64,000 bases of DNA, from assembly GCA_903910445.1 (NCBI GenBank), contig CAIVZR010000097.1, forward strand, positions 348 to 64,347. Direction: 5' to 3'. This document shows positions 18,951 to 27,604 of this stretch, one piece after another. The position numbers were made by a program, and so were the translations under genes. The stretch comes from an uncultured Bacteroidota bacterium. Lineage in GTDB: Bacteria; Bacteroidota; Bacteroidia; UKL13-3. The notes beneath the pieces are model-generated. The model had not been told where the DNA came from. It made no database searches and was given only the letters and a program-made list of their open reading frames with translations. How positions within the stretch are numbered: position 1 is the first letter of the stretch; each line of letters starts with the position of its first letter.

Positions 18951-20828
18951 CTATTCTTCCTTTATTGCTAGTTTGTAGGTGTAGTGATTGTTTTCATTTT
19001 CTAATACTAGGAAATATAATCCAGCTGCAATATCATTAATTGAAATTGAATTTTGCTCGATGGGGCCTCTTTGTATCTCAGTTCCATTGGGCGACACTAA
19101 TCGATAATCGTATTTTTGTTCGATTGGCAGTGATGTGATTTGAAGCATTGATTGCCGTTTGCATGGATTGGGGTAAATTGAAGGTATTGGTTGATGGGCC
19201 AGTTTAATCCCTGCAATAGCATAGAACTCCAAGGCTCCAACATTCGTCATAGGGCTTTGTCTTGGCCGGTTGAGATAATCAGAGTTTAGGCTCGATAATG
19301 GTGCTAATGCGTTATAGGCTAAGGCAAGGTGTGCTTGGCTTGGTTGAATGGTTTGGAGTTGAAGGGTGTCGATAAGCAAATTCGTGCTTACTGGAAGGTT
19401 ATTTCTAATTAAATCGGTGGTGCTTAAATAGGAATGAGATTTTACCCAGATATTGTTGCTAAACTGAATGTCTTTCGGTCCAGGATGTTGAGGATGGAAG
19501 TTCATAATTATTGGAGTCATCGCAAGAAAAGCGGCAGTATCATAAGTGAAAATGTTATTCGAGATTCGAATATTTTGAAGGTATCCGTAATTGCTATTGG
19601 TGAGGATATTATAACTAGGATAATAAACTCTAACGAGCGCGCCTCCAATGGCCCCAGGTAATCCCATTACACCAATGATGGTATTGTTGTAAATCCACAC
19701 ATTCCGAATACAGTTGATTCCAATAGAGCCAGTAGCCCCCTCCCAAAATCCAATGGCCTGTCCAACGTTCTGGAAAATATTATTATAGATGAACATACTA
19801 TCTACATTTGAGAAAGTTTCATTTGGCAGAATGCATTTTGTTTGGCAGTTATTAAAAGAGGGCAGGCTACCAAAAACACAGGAGCCTTCATTAGCAATAA
19901 GAATGCCGCTCGATGCCCAAATTTTATCGGTATCGGCTGGACAATTACGCCAATATTGAGTTCCAATACCAGGGGTATTATATAAAATATTCTTGTAGAT
20001 ATAGAGCTTTGATGAATTGTCGTTATATAAATTTAAACCATTATCGTGCAACCTATTTTGTGATGCTTGGCAGCGAATGCTATTCTGAAAATTAAGCCCT
20101 TCACCCCGAGAGTAACCAACCTCACAATTGAACACCGAACCATCGGTACAATTGAAGAGCTTAAAACCACTGGGCCACTGACAAGGTGAGGTAAGAGACC
20201 CATTGCCTGGTCGGCTTGAGTAACGAAAAGCAGAATTGTTAATTAGGAGTGTGTCGACGCTGGTAAAGAGTGCGCAAAAGGAGCCAACGCTATCAACAGA
20301 AACATGATCAACCAGGATATTGTTTTGTCGTGGATAGGTTAAATTGTTTCTATTGCAATATATTCCAACCCCGGTGGAATATTTAAGTGTTATGTTTTTT
20401 ATAAAAATATGATCTCCAATTAAAACCAATAAGTTACTATTGGCGAATGTGTTTTGAGTACCGCCAATTACGACGTCGCCCAACCCTTCGATACTTACAT
20501 TTCGAAAGGTGTTGCCATTTTTCCAATTGCTAATGGTTTGTTGAAAACCGCTATTGGTGGCATAATAGCCGGGTTTCATCTTTATTAAACCATAGGCATT
20601 CCCGCCATTAACACCGGCCACTCCAAATGGCAATTTAAGTATGGCGGCGTTAAAAGTTTTTACAGGTAATGTGTTGGTTCCTGGATTGTTGTCATCGCCG
20701 TTAGGATCCATGTATACGGAATCGGTGATGGCATATTTGCCAGTATTGACAATAGGAGTGTTTACTACAAACTGGGCGTGTAGTGAAATCGAGAGTGCAA
20801 AAAGCACAATCAAGGTTTTAATTCTCAT
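18951..20828 (-). CDS. Secreted right-handed parallel beta-helix (pectate-lyase-fold) protein, T9SS cargo
   Basis: Many N-x-I/V beta-helix rungs (NNIFQNV, NNTIIGV, NNIFTYD, NNIWVKS) and a T9SS CTD (IYPNPCKRQSMLQI...GLYFLVL). The start was moved to the internal Met of MRIKTLIVLFALSISLHAQ (signal peptide). The upstream 16 codons of the longest ORF look non-coding. Confidence 0.65.
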   Translation of the reverse strand: MRIKTLIVLFALSISLHAQFVVNTPIVNTGKYAITDSVYMDPNGDDNNPGTNTLPVKTFNAAILKLPFGVAGVNGGNAYGLIKMKPGYYATNSGFQQTISNWKNGNTFRNVSIEGLGDVVIGGTQNTFANSNLLVLIGDHIFIKNITLKYSTGVGIYCNRNNLTYPRQNNILVDHVSVDSVGSFCALFTSVDTLLINNSAFRYSSRPGNGSLTSPCQWPSGFKLFNCTDGSVFNCEVGYSRGEGLNFQNSIRCQASQNRLHDNGLNLYNDNSSKLYIYKNILYNTPGIGTQYWRNCPADTDKIWASSGILIANEGSCVFGSLPSFNNCQTKCILPNETFSNVDSMFIYNNIFQNVGQAIGFWEGATGSIGINCIRNVWIYNNTIIGVMGLPGAIGGALVRVYYPSYNILTNSNYGYLQNIRISNNIFTYDTAAFLAMTPIIMNFHPQHPGPKDIQFSNNIWVKSHSYLSTTDLIRNNLPVSTNLLIDTLQLQTIQPSQAHLALAYNALAPLSSLNSDYLNRPRQSPMTNVGALEFYAIAGIKLAHQPIPSIYPNPCKRQSMLQITSLPIEQKYDYRLVSPNGTEIQRGPIEQNSISINDIAAGLYFLVLENENNHYTYKLAIKEE

Positions 20829-21019
20829 TTGGAAAGTAAAAATATAGAAAAGAATCAAATCTCCAAGTGGAAACATCGGGATAAAACTCTTTGATTGGGA
20901 GTGATATTAGTGATATACTTTGGAATCGCACTTAAATAGTCCTTCTTTAATTTCAAGAAGATCAATTGATATACCCTAAGATAATTAGAACAGAATCATG
21001 ACGACAGATTCTGATTCTT

Positions 21020-21415
21020 CTAATTTCTTTCTAAAGTTGCCGACCTTGAGTCCCATCCATCAAAATGTTCCAATTGAATAATTTTTCTGGATCTGGATTT
21101 TATCGACCAGTCAAAATTAAATTTGATGGCAATGCAAGAAATAGGGAATTCAACAGTGATTTTTTTTGAATCTTCATTGTAACTCCAAACTCCTTTGTCG
21201 AATGTGCCTTGATTATAGCCTCCCTTCACGGTGCCATCGTCGAGGAATTCCATGTTATAGCCAGTGAAATTCGCTGATACATCTTTTCCATTGTCATTAA
21301 AGGAGGTGATTTTCCAGGTACCCCTTTCGATAGTTCTTTCTGGTGCTTTTTTACATGAAACAAGCATAAGTGTTGCAATAACACTGTACATGAGTATTCT
21401 CGTTAATTTATTCAC
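21020..21415 (-). CDS. Small lipoprotein of unknown function
   Basis: Lipobox MLVSCKK. 131 aa, beta-rich. Confidence 0.5.
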   Translation of the reverse strand: MNKLTRILMYSVIATLMLVSCKKAPERTIERGTWKITSFNDNGKDVSANFTGYNMEFLDDGTVKGGYNQGTFDKGVWSYNEDSKKITVEFPISCIAIKFNFDWSIKSRSRKIIQLEHFDGWDSRSATLERN

Positions 21416-21595
21416 GGGTTGGTTTATTAATATTAAAATTTAACCAGCTTAACGCTGAAATGGTGAATATAGTATTTCATGCCAACTAACTGTTATTGAT
21501 TTTATTTTAAGAGACGATGGATTTAGTAGATTTAAGGTTGCAAAGGCTGGAGCCTGCTTCATATTTCGTGTCACCCTTCCGGTAAATTAGATTTG

Positions 21596-21628
21596 TAAAA
21601 ATATAAAAGGTCAGCAAAATTGCTGACC
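21596..21628 (-). terminator. Rho-independent terminator after the degenerate tRNA copy
   Basis: Minus-strand hairpin GGTCAGCAA-ttt-TGCTGACC followed by TTTTATATTTTT. Confidence 0.65.
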
Positions 21629-21648
21629 TTGATTCTCTTGTAGCGGGA

Positions 21649-21716
21649 GCAGTCCCGATAGCTATCGGGATCGAACCTACGCCCTTCCGATTTCGGAAGG
21701 GTATGAGCCCGACGAG
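21649..21716 (-). pseudogene. Degenerate 3'-partial copy of tRNA-Met(CAT) carrying two hairpin insertions
   Basis: It shares CTCGTCGGGCTCATA..CCC..GTAGGTTCGA..CTGCTCCCGCTACA with the intact tRNA 45 bp upstream. It lacks the acceptor 5' strand and D-arm. It carries inserted hairpins TTCCGAAATCGGAA and CCCGATAGCTATCGGG. Confidence 0.6.
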
Positions 21717-21725
21717 TTTTTGATA

Positions 21726-21754
21726 AATAAAAAAGGCCAGCAAAATTGCTGACC
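21726..21754 (-). terminator. Rho-independent terminator after tRNA-Met
   Basis: Minus-strand hairpin GGTCAGCAA-ttt-TGCTGGCC followed by TTTTTT. It is a near-identical copy of the terminator at 21596-21628. Confidence 0.65.
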
Positions 21755-21764
21755 TTGATTCTCT

Positions 21765-21838
<74 letters not shown>

Positions 21839-22049
21839 TTGTTTATAAGGGCGCAAAGGTAATGTTTCTTATTGTGTTATACAAGTTTATTCGAATTTAG
21901 TTCGAAGCCAATCCTGGCTATGTTTTGAATATGATGGATTTATGGTATTTTTGTTTGAGAAAATCAGCAACTATTTACTTTTTATGCAAAAAGGGAAATA
22001 ACCTATCATTACCCTAAACATCAAGTAAATAGCGCTATTTCATCAGTCT

Positions 22050-23699
22050 ATGAAACGTATTCTTCTAAGCTTAACCCTCCTTTGTTCGCTTGTAACTGCT
22101 CGTTACTCGTTGGCTCAAACAGCCGAAACAACTAAGCTTGTGGTAGATTACGTAAATCAATATCGGGATATTGCCGTTTTCGAAATGCTGCGAACTCGCA
22201 TCCCTGCCAGCATCACCCTCGCTCAGGGAATTCTTGAATCGAAAAGTGGCACCAGCCGACTTGCCGTTGAAGGACATAATCATTTTGGTATCAAATGTAA
22301 AAGCACCTGGACAGGCAAAGTGATACTAGAAGACGATGATGACTTTCAAGAGTGCTTCCGCTCCTACGACGATGCCTACCTCTCTTACCAAGACCATTCA
22401 AATTTCCTGCTCTCCTCCAACAGATACGCTTACCTCTTCGACCTCGATGTAACCGATTATCGCAGCTGGGCTTATGGACTGAAAGAAGCAGGATATGCTA
22501 CGAGCCCAACTTATGCCAAACAATTGATAGAGCTCATTGAGAAATATAATCTGAAACAATACGATCGGTATACCAAGAATCCGGCTGGCATGAAGGATAC
22601 CACAGCCAAGCATGAAGTGGTGAGCACCAACGGAATCTCATCTACCAAAGCGAAGGAATACGATTCTTATACCAAAATTGCTACCGAAAATAAAATGAAG
22701 GTGAATGATTTACTGGTGATTAACGACCTCTCCGAAATTAAGGAATTGCATTATGGTGATGTCGTATATCTTAAATCAAAACATACTGAAAACAATAATT
22801 ACGAAACACATACTGTTCAAATAGGAGAGTCGATGCGTGATATTTCACAGCGATACGGTATCAAACTCTCCTTGCTTCTCGAACGTAACGGACTGAAACC
22901 AGGAGAGGAGCCAAGCAAAGGGGAAGTTTTAACACTCAATAAAAAAAATAGCAGAGACGTTAAAAAAAGAAAGGTGGTTTCTAACGGAACAAAAACAGTT
23001 GATATGCGCATCCATATGGGTGAACGAAGCCAAACAGATAGTATCATAGAGGCGAAATATAATACTGAAGCTAATTACGAGAAAAAAATTGATAGTGTTG
23101 TTTCGGCCATACCACCCACACCTGCACCTGATTCGGATTATGTGGGTAATGTGAAAAAGACAGATAATAAAGAAGATGATCACTTAGATGAAGTAATCAA
23201 TAATGAATTATATCATTACGTGCGCAAAGGCGAAACCTTGTATGGTATTGCCAAGGCCTATGATATCACAGTTGACGAACTTAAGGCATGGAATAAATTA
23301 AAAGATAATTCACTTCATATTTTCCAGAAATTGCAAGTCACCAACCACCAGCAAACAGGAATCAAAGATGTGAAGATTTATAAGTCGGATTCGAGAGGCT
23401 ATTATCGAATACAGGAAGGTGATTCACTGAACGAGATTGCACTGCATTTTGGATTCAGCACCGAAGAACTTGCCGACCTAAATAAAATCAATATCACCGA
23501 TACCCTTTTAGTAGGCAACCTTTTAAAGGTAAGGAAGGCACCATCAAAAACCTTCCGACCACCTGTATACACTGTAAAAAGTGGTGATACCCTCGAAGCA
23601 ATAAGCCGGCGATATGATATTTCGGTTGCCGAAATCAAACGATTGAATTCATTAAATGATAGTAAGATCCAGGTGGGGCAAAAATTATTTCTGCAATAA
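22050..23699 (+). CDS. Peptidoglycan hydrolase: N-acetylglucosaminidase domain plus four LysM domains
   Basis: Signal peptide. The glucosaminidase domain (ASITLAQGILESKSGTSRLA..HNHFGIKC...YATSPTYAKQL) is followed by four LysM repeats (YTVQIGESMRDISQRYG, HYVRKGETLYGIAKAYD, YRIQEGDSLNEIALHFG, YTVKSGDTLEAISRRYD). Confidence 0.85.
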   Translation: MKRILLSLTLLCSLVTARYSLAQTAETTKLVVDYVNQYRDIAVFEMLRTRIPASITLAQGILESKSGTSRLAVEGHNHFGIKCKSTWTGKVILEDDDDFQECFRSYDDAYLSYQDHSNFLLSSNRYAYLFDLDVTDYRSWAYGLKEAGYATSPTYAKQLIELIEKYNLKQYDRYTKNPAGMKDTTAKHEVVSTNGISSTKAKEYDSYTKIATENKMKVNDLLVINDLSEIKELHYGDVVYLKSKHTENNNYETHTVQIGESMRDISQRYGIKLSLLLERNGLKPGEEPSKGEVLTLNKKNSRDVKKRKVVSNGTKTVDMRIHMGERSQTDSIIEAKYNTEANYEKKIDSVVSAIPPTPAPDSDYVGNVKKTDNKEDDHLDEVINNELYHYVRKGETLYGIAKAYDITVDELKAWNKLKDNSLHIFQKLQVTNHQQTGIKDVKIYKSDSRGYYRIQEGDSLNEIALHFGFSTEELADLNKINITDTLLVGNLLKVRKAPSKTFRPPVYTVKSGDTLEAISRRYDISVAEIKRLNSLNDSKIQVGQKLFLQ

Positions 23700-23700
23700 T

Positions 23701-24588
23701 TTAGAATAACAATCCATTGCCACCCCATACACCGCCTGTATGAATGGTTAAGATTTTTGATCCTGGTTTAAAATAATTTTCTTCAGCGAGTTGAATAATT
23801 GCAATCAACATTTTTGCAGTATATATAGGTTCAATCACGATGCCAGTATTACGAGCGAAATTGCGTGCAAAAACCACCAGTTCATTATCCGTTCTTGCAT
23901 AGCCACCCCGGTGAAATTGGGTATGTAACTGAAATGGAATATCACCAATCCAGTTTTTTATTTCTTGAATTAAATATTCGCCCCCTTTGATTACTGCGAT
24001 ACCATTCACTATTGTGGTAAGTTGATGTTGGTGCACACCCAATGCCAAGCCGGACAAGGTGCCTCCTGTACCACTTGCTGTGAAAATTTCGTCATAGGTG
24101 TTGGGCAGCTCCCCAATTATTTCGGCCACGCCTGGCAAAGCTTCCAGGCAGCTACCACCTTCTGGAACAAAATAAACGGAGGGGTCGTTATTGAAGTACT
24201 TCTGATAAACTATTTCTTTATCACGATAATCATTGCGTGGAATGAAAATGAGTCGCATGCCAAACAAATGGCACATTTTCAAAACAGGGTTTTTAATTTC
24301 CAGTTCCTCCCCACGCACAAAGCCCGTGGTTTTAAATCCGAAGGTGGCACCTGCACAGGCCACAGCCAGCAAGTGATTGCTGAAGGCTCCTCCAAAAGTA
24401 GCGAGCATGGTTTTTTGCTTCTCTCGAGCATCACGTAAAACATATTTTAATTTACGCCATTTATTTCCACTGATAAATGGATGAATCAAATCATCACGTT
24501 TCATAAAAACCTCCATTCCTTTCTCTGTAAAGATAGGGAGCTGTATAGGTTCAATAATCGAGGCCAGGGTATTGAGTTCGGGAGTCAA
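23701..24588 (-). CDS. PLP-dependent enzyme of the ACC deaminase / D-cysteine desulfhydrase family
   Basis: KRDDLIHPFISGNKWRKL (the PLP lysine region), a Gly-rich loop TASGTGGTLSGLALG and a tryptophan-synthase-beta-like fold. The start was set to a TTG at 24588. The ATG at 24777 adds ~60 non-conserved residues and overlaps the divergent LysE gene, so the start is uncertain. Confidence 0.7.
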   Translation of the reverse strand: MTPELNTLASIIEPIQLPIFTEKGMEVFMKRDDLIHPFISGNKWRKLKYVLRDAREKQKTMLATFGGAFSNHLLAVACAGATFGFKTTGFVRGEELEIKNPVLKMCHLFGMRLIFIPRNDYRDKEIVYQKYFNNDPSVYFVPEGGSCLEALPGVAEIIGELPNTYDEIFTASGTGGTLSGLALGVHQHQLTTIVNGIAVIKGGEYLIQEIKNWIGDIPFQLHTQFHRGGYARTDNELVVFARNFARNTGIVIEPIYTAKMLIAIIQLAEENYFKPGSKILTIHTGGVWGGNGLLF

Positions 24589-24692
24589 GTAACAAAATGT
24601 TGAACGGCAAAAATAAAACCCTTTGCACAGAATATAGGCATGATATAAATATCTTTTCTTTTCCAATTCTTTTTCTATTTTCGCAAGAGCAC

Positions 24693-25328
24693 ATGATAAA
24701 TTATATAACCGCTTTTTTTTCGGGCGCTGCAATTGGGGTTCCGATGTGCTTTGCATTAGGGCCTGTATTTTTTGCACTCATTCAAAATAGTTTAAGCAAT
24801 GGCTTTCGTTCGGCGTTTTACATTGCCAGTGGCGTTATTGTAGCCGATGTTATATTGTTTGCAGCCGCATATACGGGCACTCATTTATTTATGGAAGGGC
24901 AAAATGCCGATAAAACCAGTATGAATTTTTGGGTTGAATTGGCAGGTGGAATCATCCTAGTGCTCATGGGTTTCTTTACCATCAGAAAGCATGTTACAGA
25001 AACCAATGAACGGAAATTTTTCCATAACCCGGTGATGTATTTCATGAGGGGCTTCGCTTTAAATTTCCTGAACCCAATTAATTTTTTCGCCTGGGTGATT
25101 TTGGTAGCTAGCGTAAATGTAGCCTATAGTACAACCTCCTATCGCTTCACCTTTTACATCACCACTTTGGCTTCCATTTTCGCCACCGAAGTAGTGATTT
25201 CTTATTTCGCTGCACGCATTACTAAGATACTTAATGCCCGAGTGTTAAAGCTAATAAGCACAGGCAATGGAATGGTATTTATGGGATGTGGCATTTGGTT
25301 ATTAGGAATTGCATTCGGTTTTTTTTAA
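24693..25328 (+). CDS. LysE/RhtB family amino-acid exporter
   Basis: About 211 aa with 6 TM segments. The N-terminal FFSGAAIGVPMCFALGPVFFALIQNSL matches the LysE-type translocator family. The start was placed at the internal Met (MINYITAFF); the longer ORF from 24597 looks over-extended. Confidence 0.7.
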   Translation: MINYITAFFSGAAIGVPMCFALGPVFFALIQNSLSNGFRSAFYIASGVIVADVILFAAAYTGTHLFMEGQNADKTSMNFWVELAGGIILVLMGFFTIRKHVTETNERKFFHNPVMYFMRGFALNFLNPINFFAWVILVASVNVAYSTTSYRFTFYITTLASIFATEVVISYFAARITKILNARVLKLISTGNGMVFMGCGIWLLGIAFGFF

Positions 25329-25339
25329 TCATCTCATTC

Positions 25340-26524
25340 ATGATCCCAGAAATTAGAGAATCATTCAATCAACAGTTTAGTGATGCAGCTTATGCCGCAC
25401 TATTGGAAGATATTCAAAACAAATACCCCAATCAGTTAGAGTTTAGGGTAGGAGAAACTCCTGTGTTTTTTGATAAGGCCTTGACGCAAAAATTAATTAA
25501 TGCAAGCGAAAAGATTGTAGATGTGGTGATGCGACCAGAGTTTATGGAGCAATCGGAAAGAGCCATTCCTCCTGCCTATTTTGTGCCAGGTAAGGAAGGT
25601 CGCCCCCATTATATGGCATTCGATTTTGCCATTTGCAAAGAAGGGGAGATATTGACACCAAAGCTAATTGAATTGCAAGGTTTCGCTACCTTGTTTGGAT
25701 TTCAGGAATATTTAGGAAAAGTATACGAGCAGTTTTATAACATGCCAGCAGGGTTTAGCATGTATTTCAATGGGCATGATCATGCGAGTTATATAGCTCT
25801 TTTGAAAAAAGTAATTCTTGGCAAATATCTACCCAGCGAAGTTGTGTTGATGGATGTAAAGCCAGAGATTCAAAAAACGCGCATCGATTTCCATATCATG
25901 CATCATGAACTTGGAATTCCTATTGTGGATTTTTATGAGATCAAATCGGAAGGTAAAAATTTGTTTTATGAACGTGATGGCAAAAGGCATCGGATACAAC
26001 GGATTTTTAACCGATTAATATTCGATGATTTGCAACAGCAAAAGGAAACGCCCTCATTCTCTCTTTTTAGCGAATACGATGTGGAATGGATTACCCATCC
26101 CAATTGGTTTTATCGGATTAGTAAATTCACATTGCCATTTTTGAATTTTGACTTTGTGCCGCATACTCGTTTTGTGAGTGATCTTACCGAATACCCAAAT
26201 GATTTAGAGAATTATGTTTTGAAACCATTGTATTCATTCAGTGGACAAGGGGTAATCATTGATGTAACAAAAAATGATTTAGATAACGTTGAGGATAAAG
26301 AAAATTGGATTTTGCAGCGAAAAGTAAAATACGAACCTGTGGTTCTTTCTCCCGAAGGAGGAGTGCAATGCGAGATTCGTATGATTTATTTTTGGGAGGA
26401 TGATAAGCCTCGTCCAGCGCCTGCCCTTAACCTCATGCGATTGAGCAGAGGTAAGATGATAGGGGTTCGATATAATCGTGATTTCAGTTGGGTAGGAGCG
26501 AGCATGGGATTTTTTGAGCAATAA
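25340..26524 (+). CDS. Hypothetical cytosolic protein with ATP-grasp-like features
   Basis: About 394 aa from the internal Met (MIPEIRESF). VLKPLYSFSGQGVII resembles the ATP-grasp glycine-rich loop. No definitive family assignment is possible from sequence alone. Confidence 0.4.
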   Translation: MIPEIRESFNQQFSDAAYAALLEDIQNKYPNQLEFRVGETPVFFDKALTQKLINASEKIVDVVMRPEFMEQSERAIPPAYFVPGKEGRPHYMAFDFAICKEGEILTPKLIELQGFATLFGFQEYLGKVYEQFYNMPAGFSMYFNGHDHASYIALLKKVILGKYLPSEVVLMDVKPEIQKTRIDFHIMHHELGIPIVDFYEIKSEGKNLFYERDGKRHRIQRIFNRLIFDDLQQQKETPSFSLFSEYDVEWITHPNWFYRISKFTLPFLNFDFVPHTRFVSDLTEYPNDLENYVLKPLYSFSGQGVIIDVTKNDLDNVEDKENWILQRKVKYEPVVLSPEGGVQCEIRMIYFWEDDKPRPAPALNLMRLSRGKMIGVRYNRDFSWVGASMGFFEQ

Positions 26525-26535
26525 GAAAATAGGTT

Positions 26536-27591
26536 ATGGAAAAAACAGATTATATCATAGTAGGCAGCGGACTCGCAGGAATTACGCTTGCACATCAACT
26601 AAAACAAGCGGGTTATAAAATAAAAGTTATCTCTGAGCCATCGCTCTCTAAAAGCAGTAGGGTTGCAGCAGGAATATTTAATCCAGTTGTTTTTTTTCGT
26701 ATTACTAAAAGTTACTTAGCCGATTTGGCTTTGCCGTTTGCCATCGATTTTTATACTCAAATCGAATCATTACTATCCATCAGTATTCTTCAGAAAAGAT
26801 CAATCGCAAAATTTTTCGGAGCTCCCGATGAACCCATTTTATGGATGAAGAGAATGGAGGAGGGTGTAGGAAGTTATCTTAGCGAAATTAATAGCCAATA
26901 TACTGAATCAATTACCTTAAATGCCAAGCATAGTATGGGTATGGTGCATAAGGCAGGTGCAGTTGATTGCGGTACATATTTGGACGCTTCGGTGCATTAT
27001 TTTGGCAATGATTTTATACGCGAGAAAATTGATTATAAGAAAATATCCTTAGTGCCTGAAGGCGTGATTTATAAAGATATTGAAGCTAGGAAGATGATTT
27101 TCTGTGAAGGTCATTTTATTTCCGATAATCCTTTCTTCAATTATATTCAACTAAAGCCAGTAAAAGGGGAGGTGCTTACTATTGAATTTGAGCAAGACTT
27201 TCCTGAAGGCAGTGAGAATTTTTTATTGAATAAGAAATGCTATTTGCTTCCACTAGGTCAGCGCAAGTATAGAGTTGGTGCCACTTATAACTGGAAAGAT
27301 TTGAATGAAGAAGTCTCGGAGGTGGGCTTAGCCGAATTAACAGCCCATATAAAGGAAATAACCCCAATTCCATTTAAGGTACTGGTGCATGATGCGGGTG
27401 TACGTCCGGCTTCAACCGATAGAAGGCCAATTATTGGCACCCACCGTGAACATGAACAGTTGGCTGTGTTTAATGGTTTGGGAGCAAAGGGAGTGATGCT
27501 TGCACCCTATTTTGCAAAGGAGTTGGTATTGCACCTAACACAAAAAAAAGTGCCGCACAAAGAATATGGTGCGGCACGTTATAATCGGTAA
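26536..27591 (+). CDS. FAD-dependent oxidoreductase (DAO/glycine-oxidase-like)
   Basis: N-terminal dinucleotide-binding motif YIIVGSGLAGITLA, 351 aa. It lies 12 bp after the previous gene. Confidence 0.65.
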   Translation: MEKTDYIIVGSGLAGITLAHQLKQAGYKIKVISEPSLSKSSRVAAGIFNPVVFFRITKSYLADLALPFAIDFYTQIESLLSISILQKRSIAKFFGAPDEPILWMKRMEEGVGSYLSEINSQYTESITLNAKHSMGMVHKAGAVDCGTYLDASVHYFGNDFIREKIDYKKISLVPEGVIYKDIEARKMIFCEGHFISDNPFFNYIQLKPVKGEVLTIEFEQDFPEGSENFLLNKKCYLLPLGQRKYRVGATYNWKDLNEEVSEVGLAELTAHIKEITPIPFKVLVHDAGVRPASTDRRPIIGTHREHEQLAVFNGLGAKGVMLAPYFAKELVLHLTQKKVPHKEYGAARYNR

Positions 27592-27604
27592 TAAAATTAG
27601 TAGC

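Noticed and set aside
24597-24692. Upstream extension of the LysE ORF (MLNGKNKTLCTEY...)
   Set aside because: The family N-terminus begins at MINYITAFFSG. The extension overlaps the opposite-strand gene.
24589-24777. N-terminal 63 codons of the longest ORF for the PLP enzyme
   Set aside because: This segment is non-conserved and hydrophobic/Cys-rich. It overlaps the divergent LysE gene. Homologous enzymes start near the TTG at 24588.
25286-25339. First 18 codons of the 412-aa ORF
   Set aside because: They overlap the LysE C-terminus in another frame. The internal Met gives a cleaner start.
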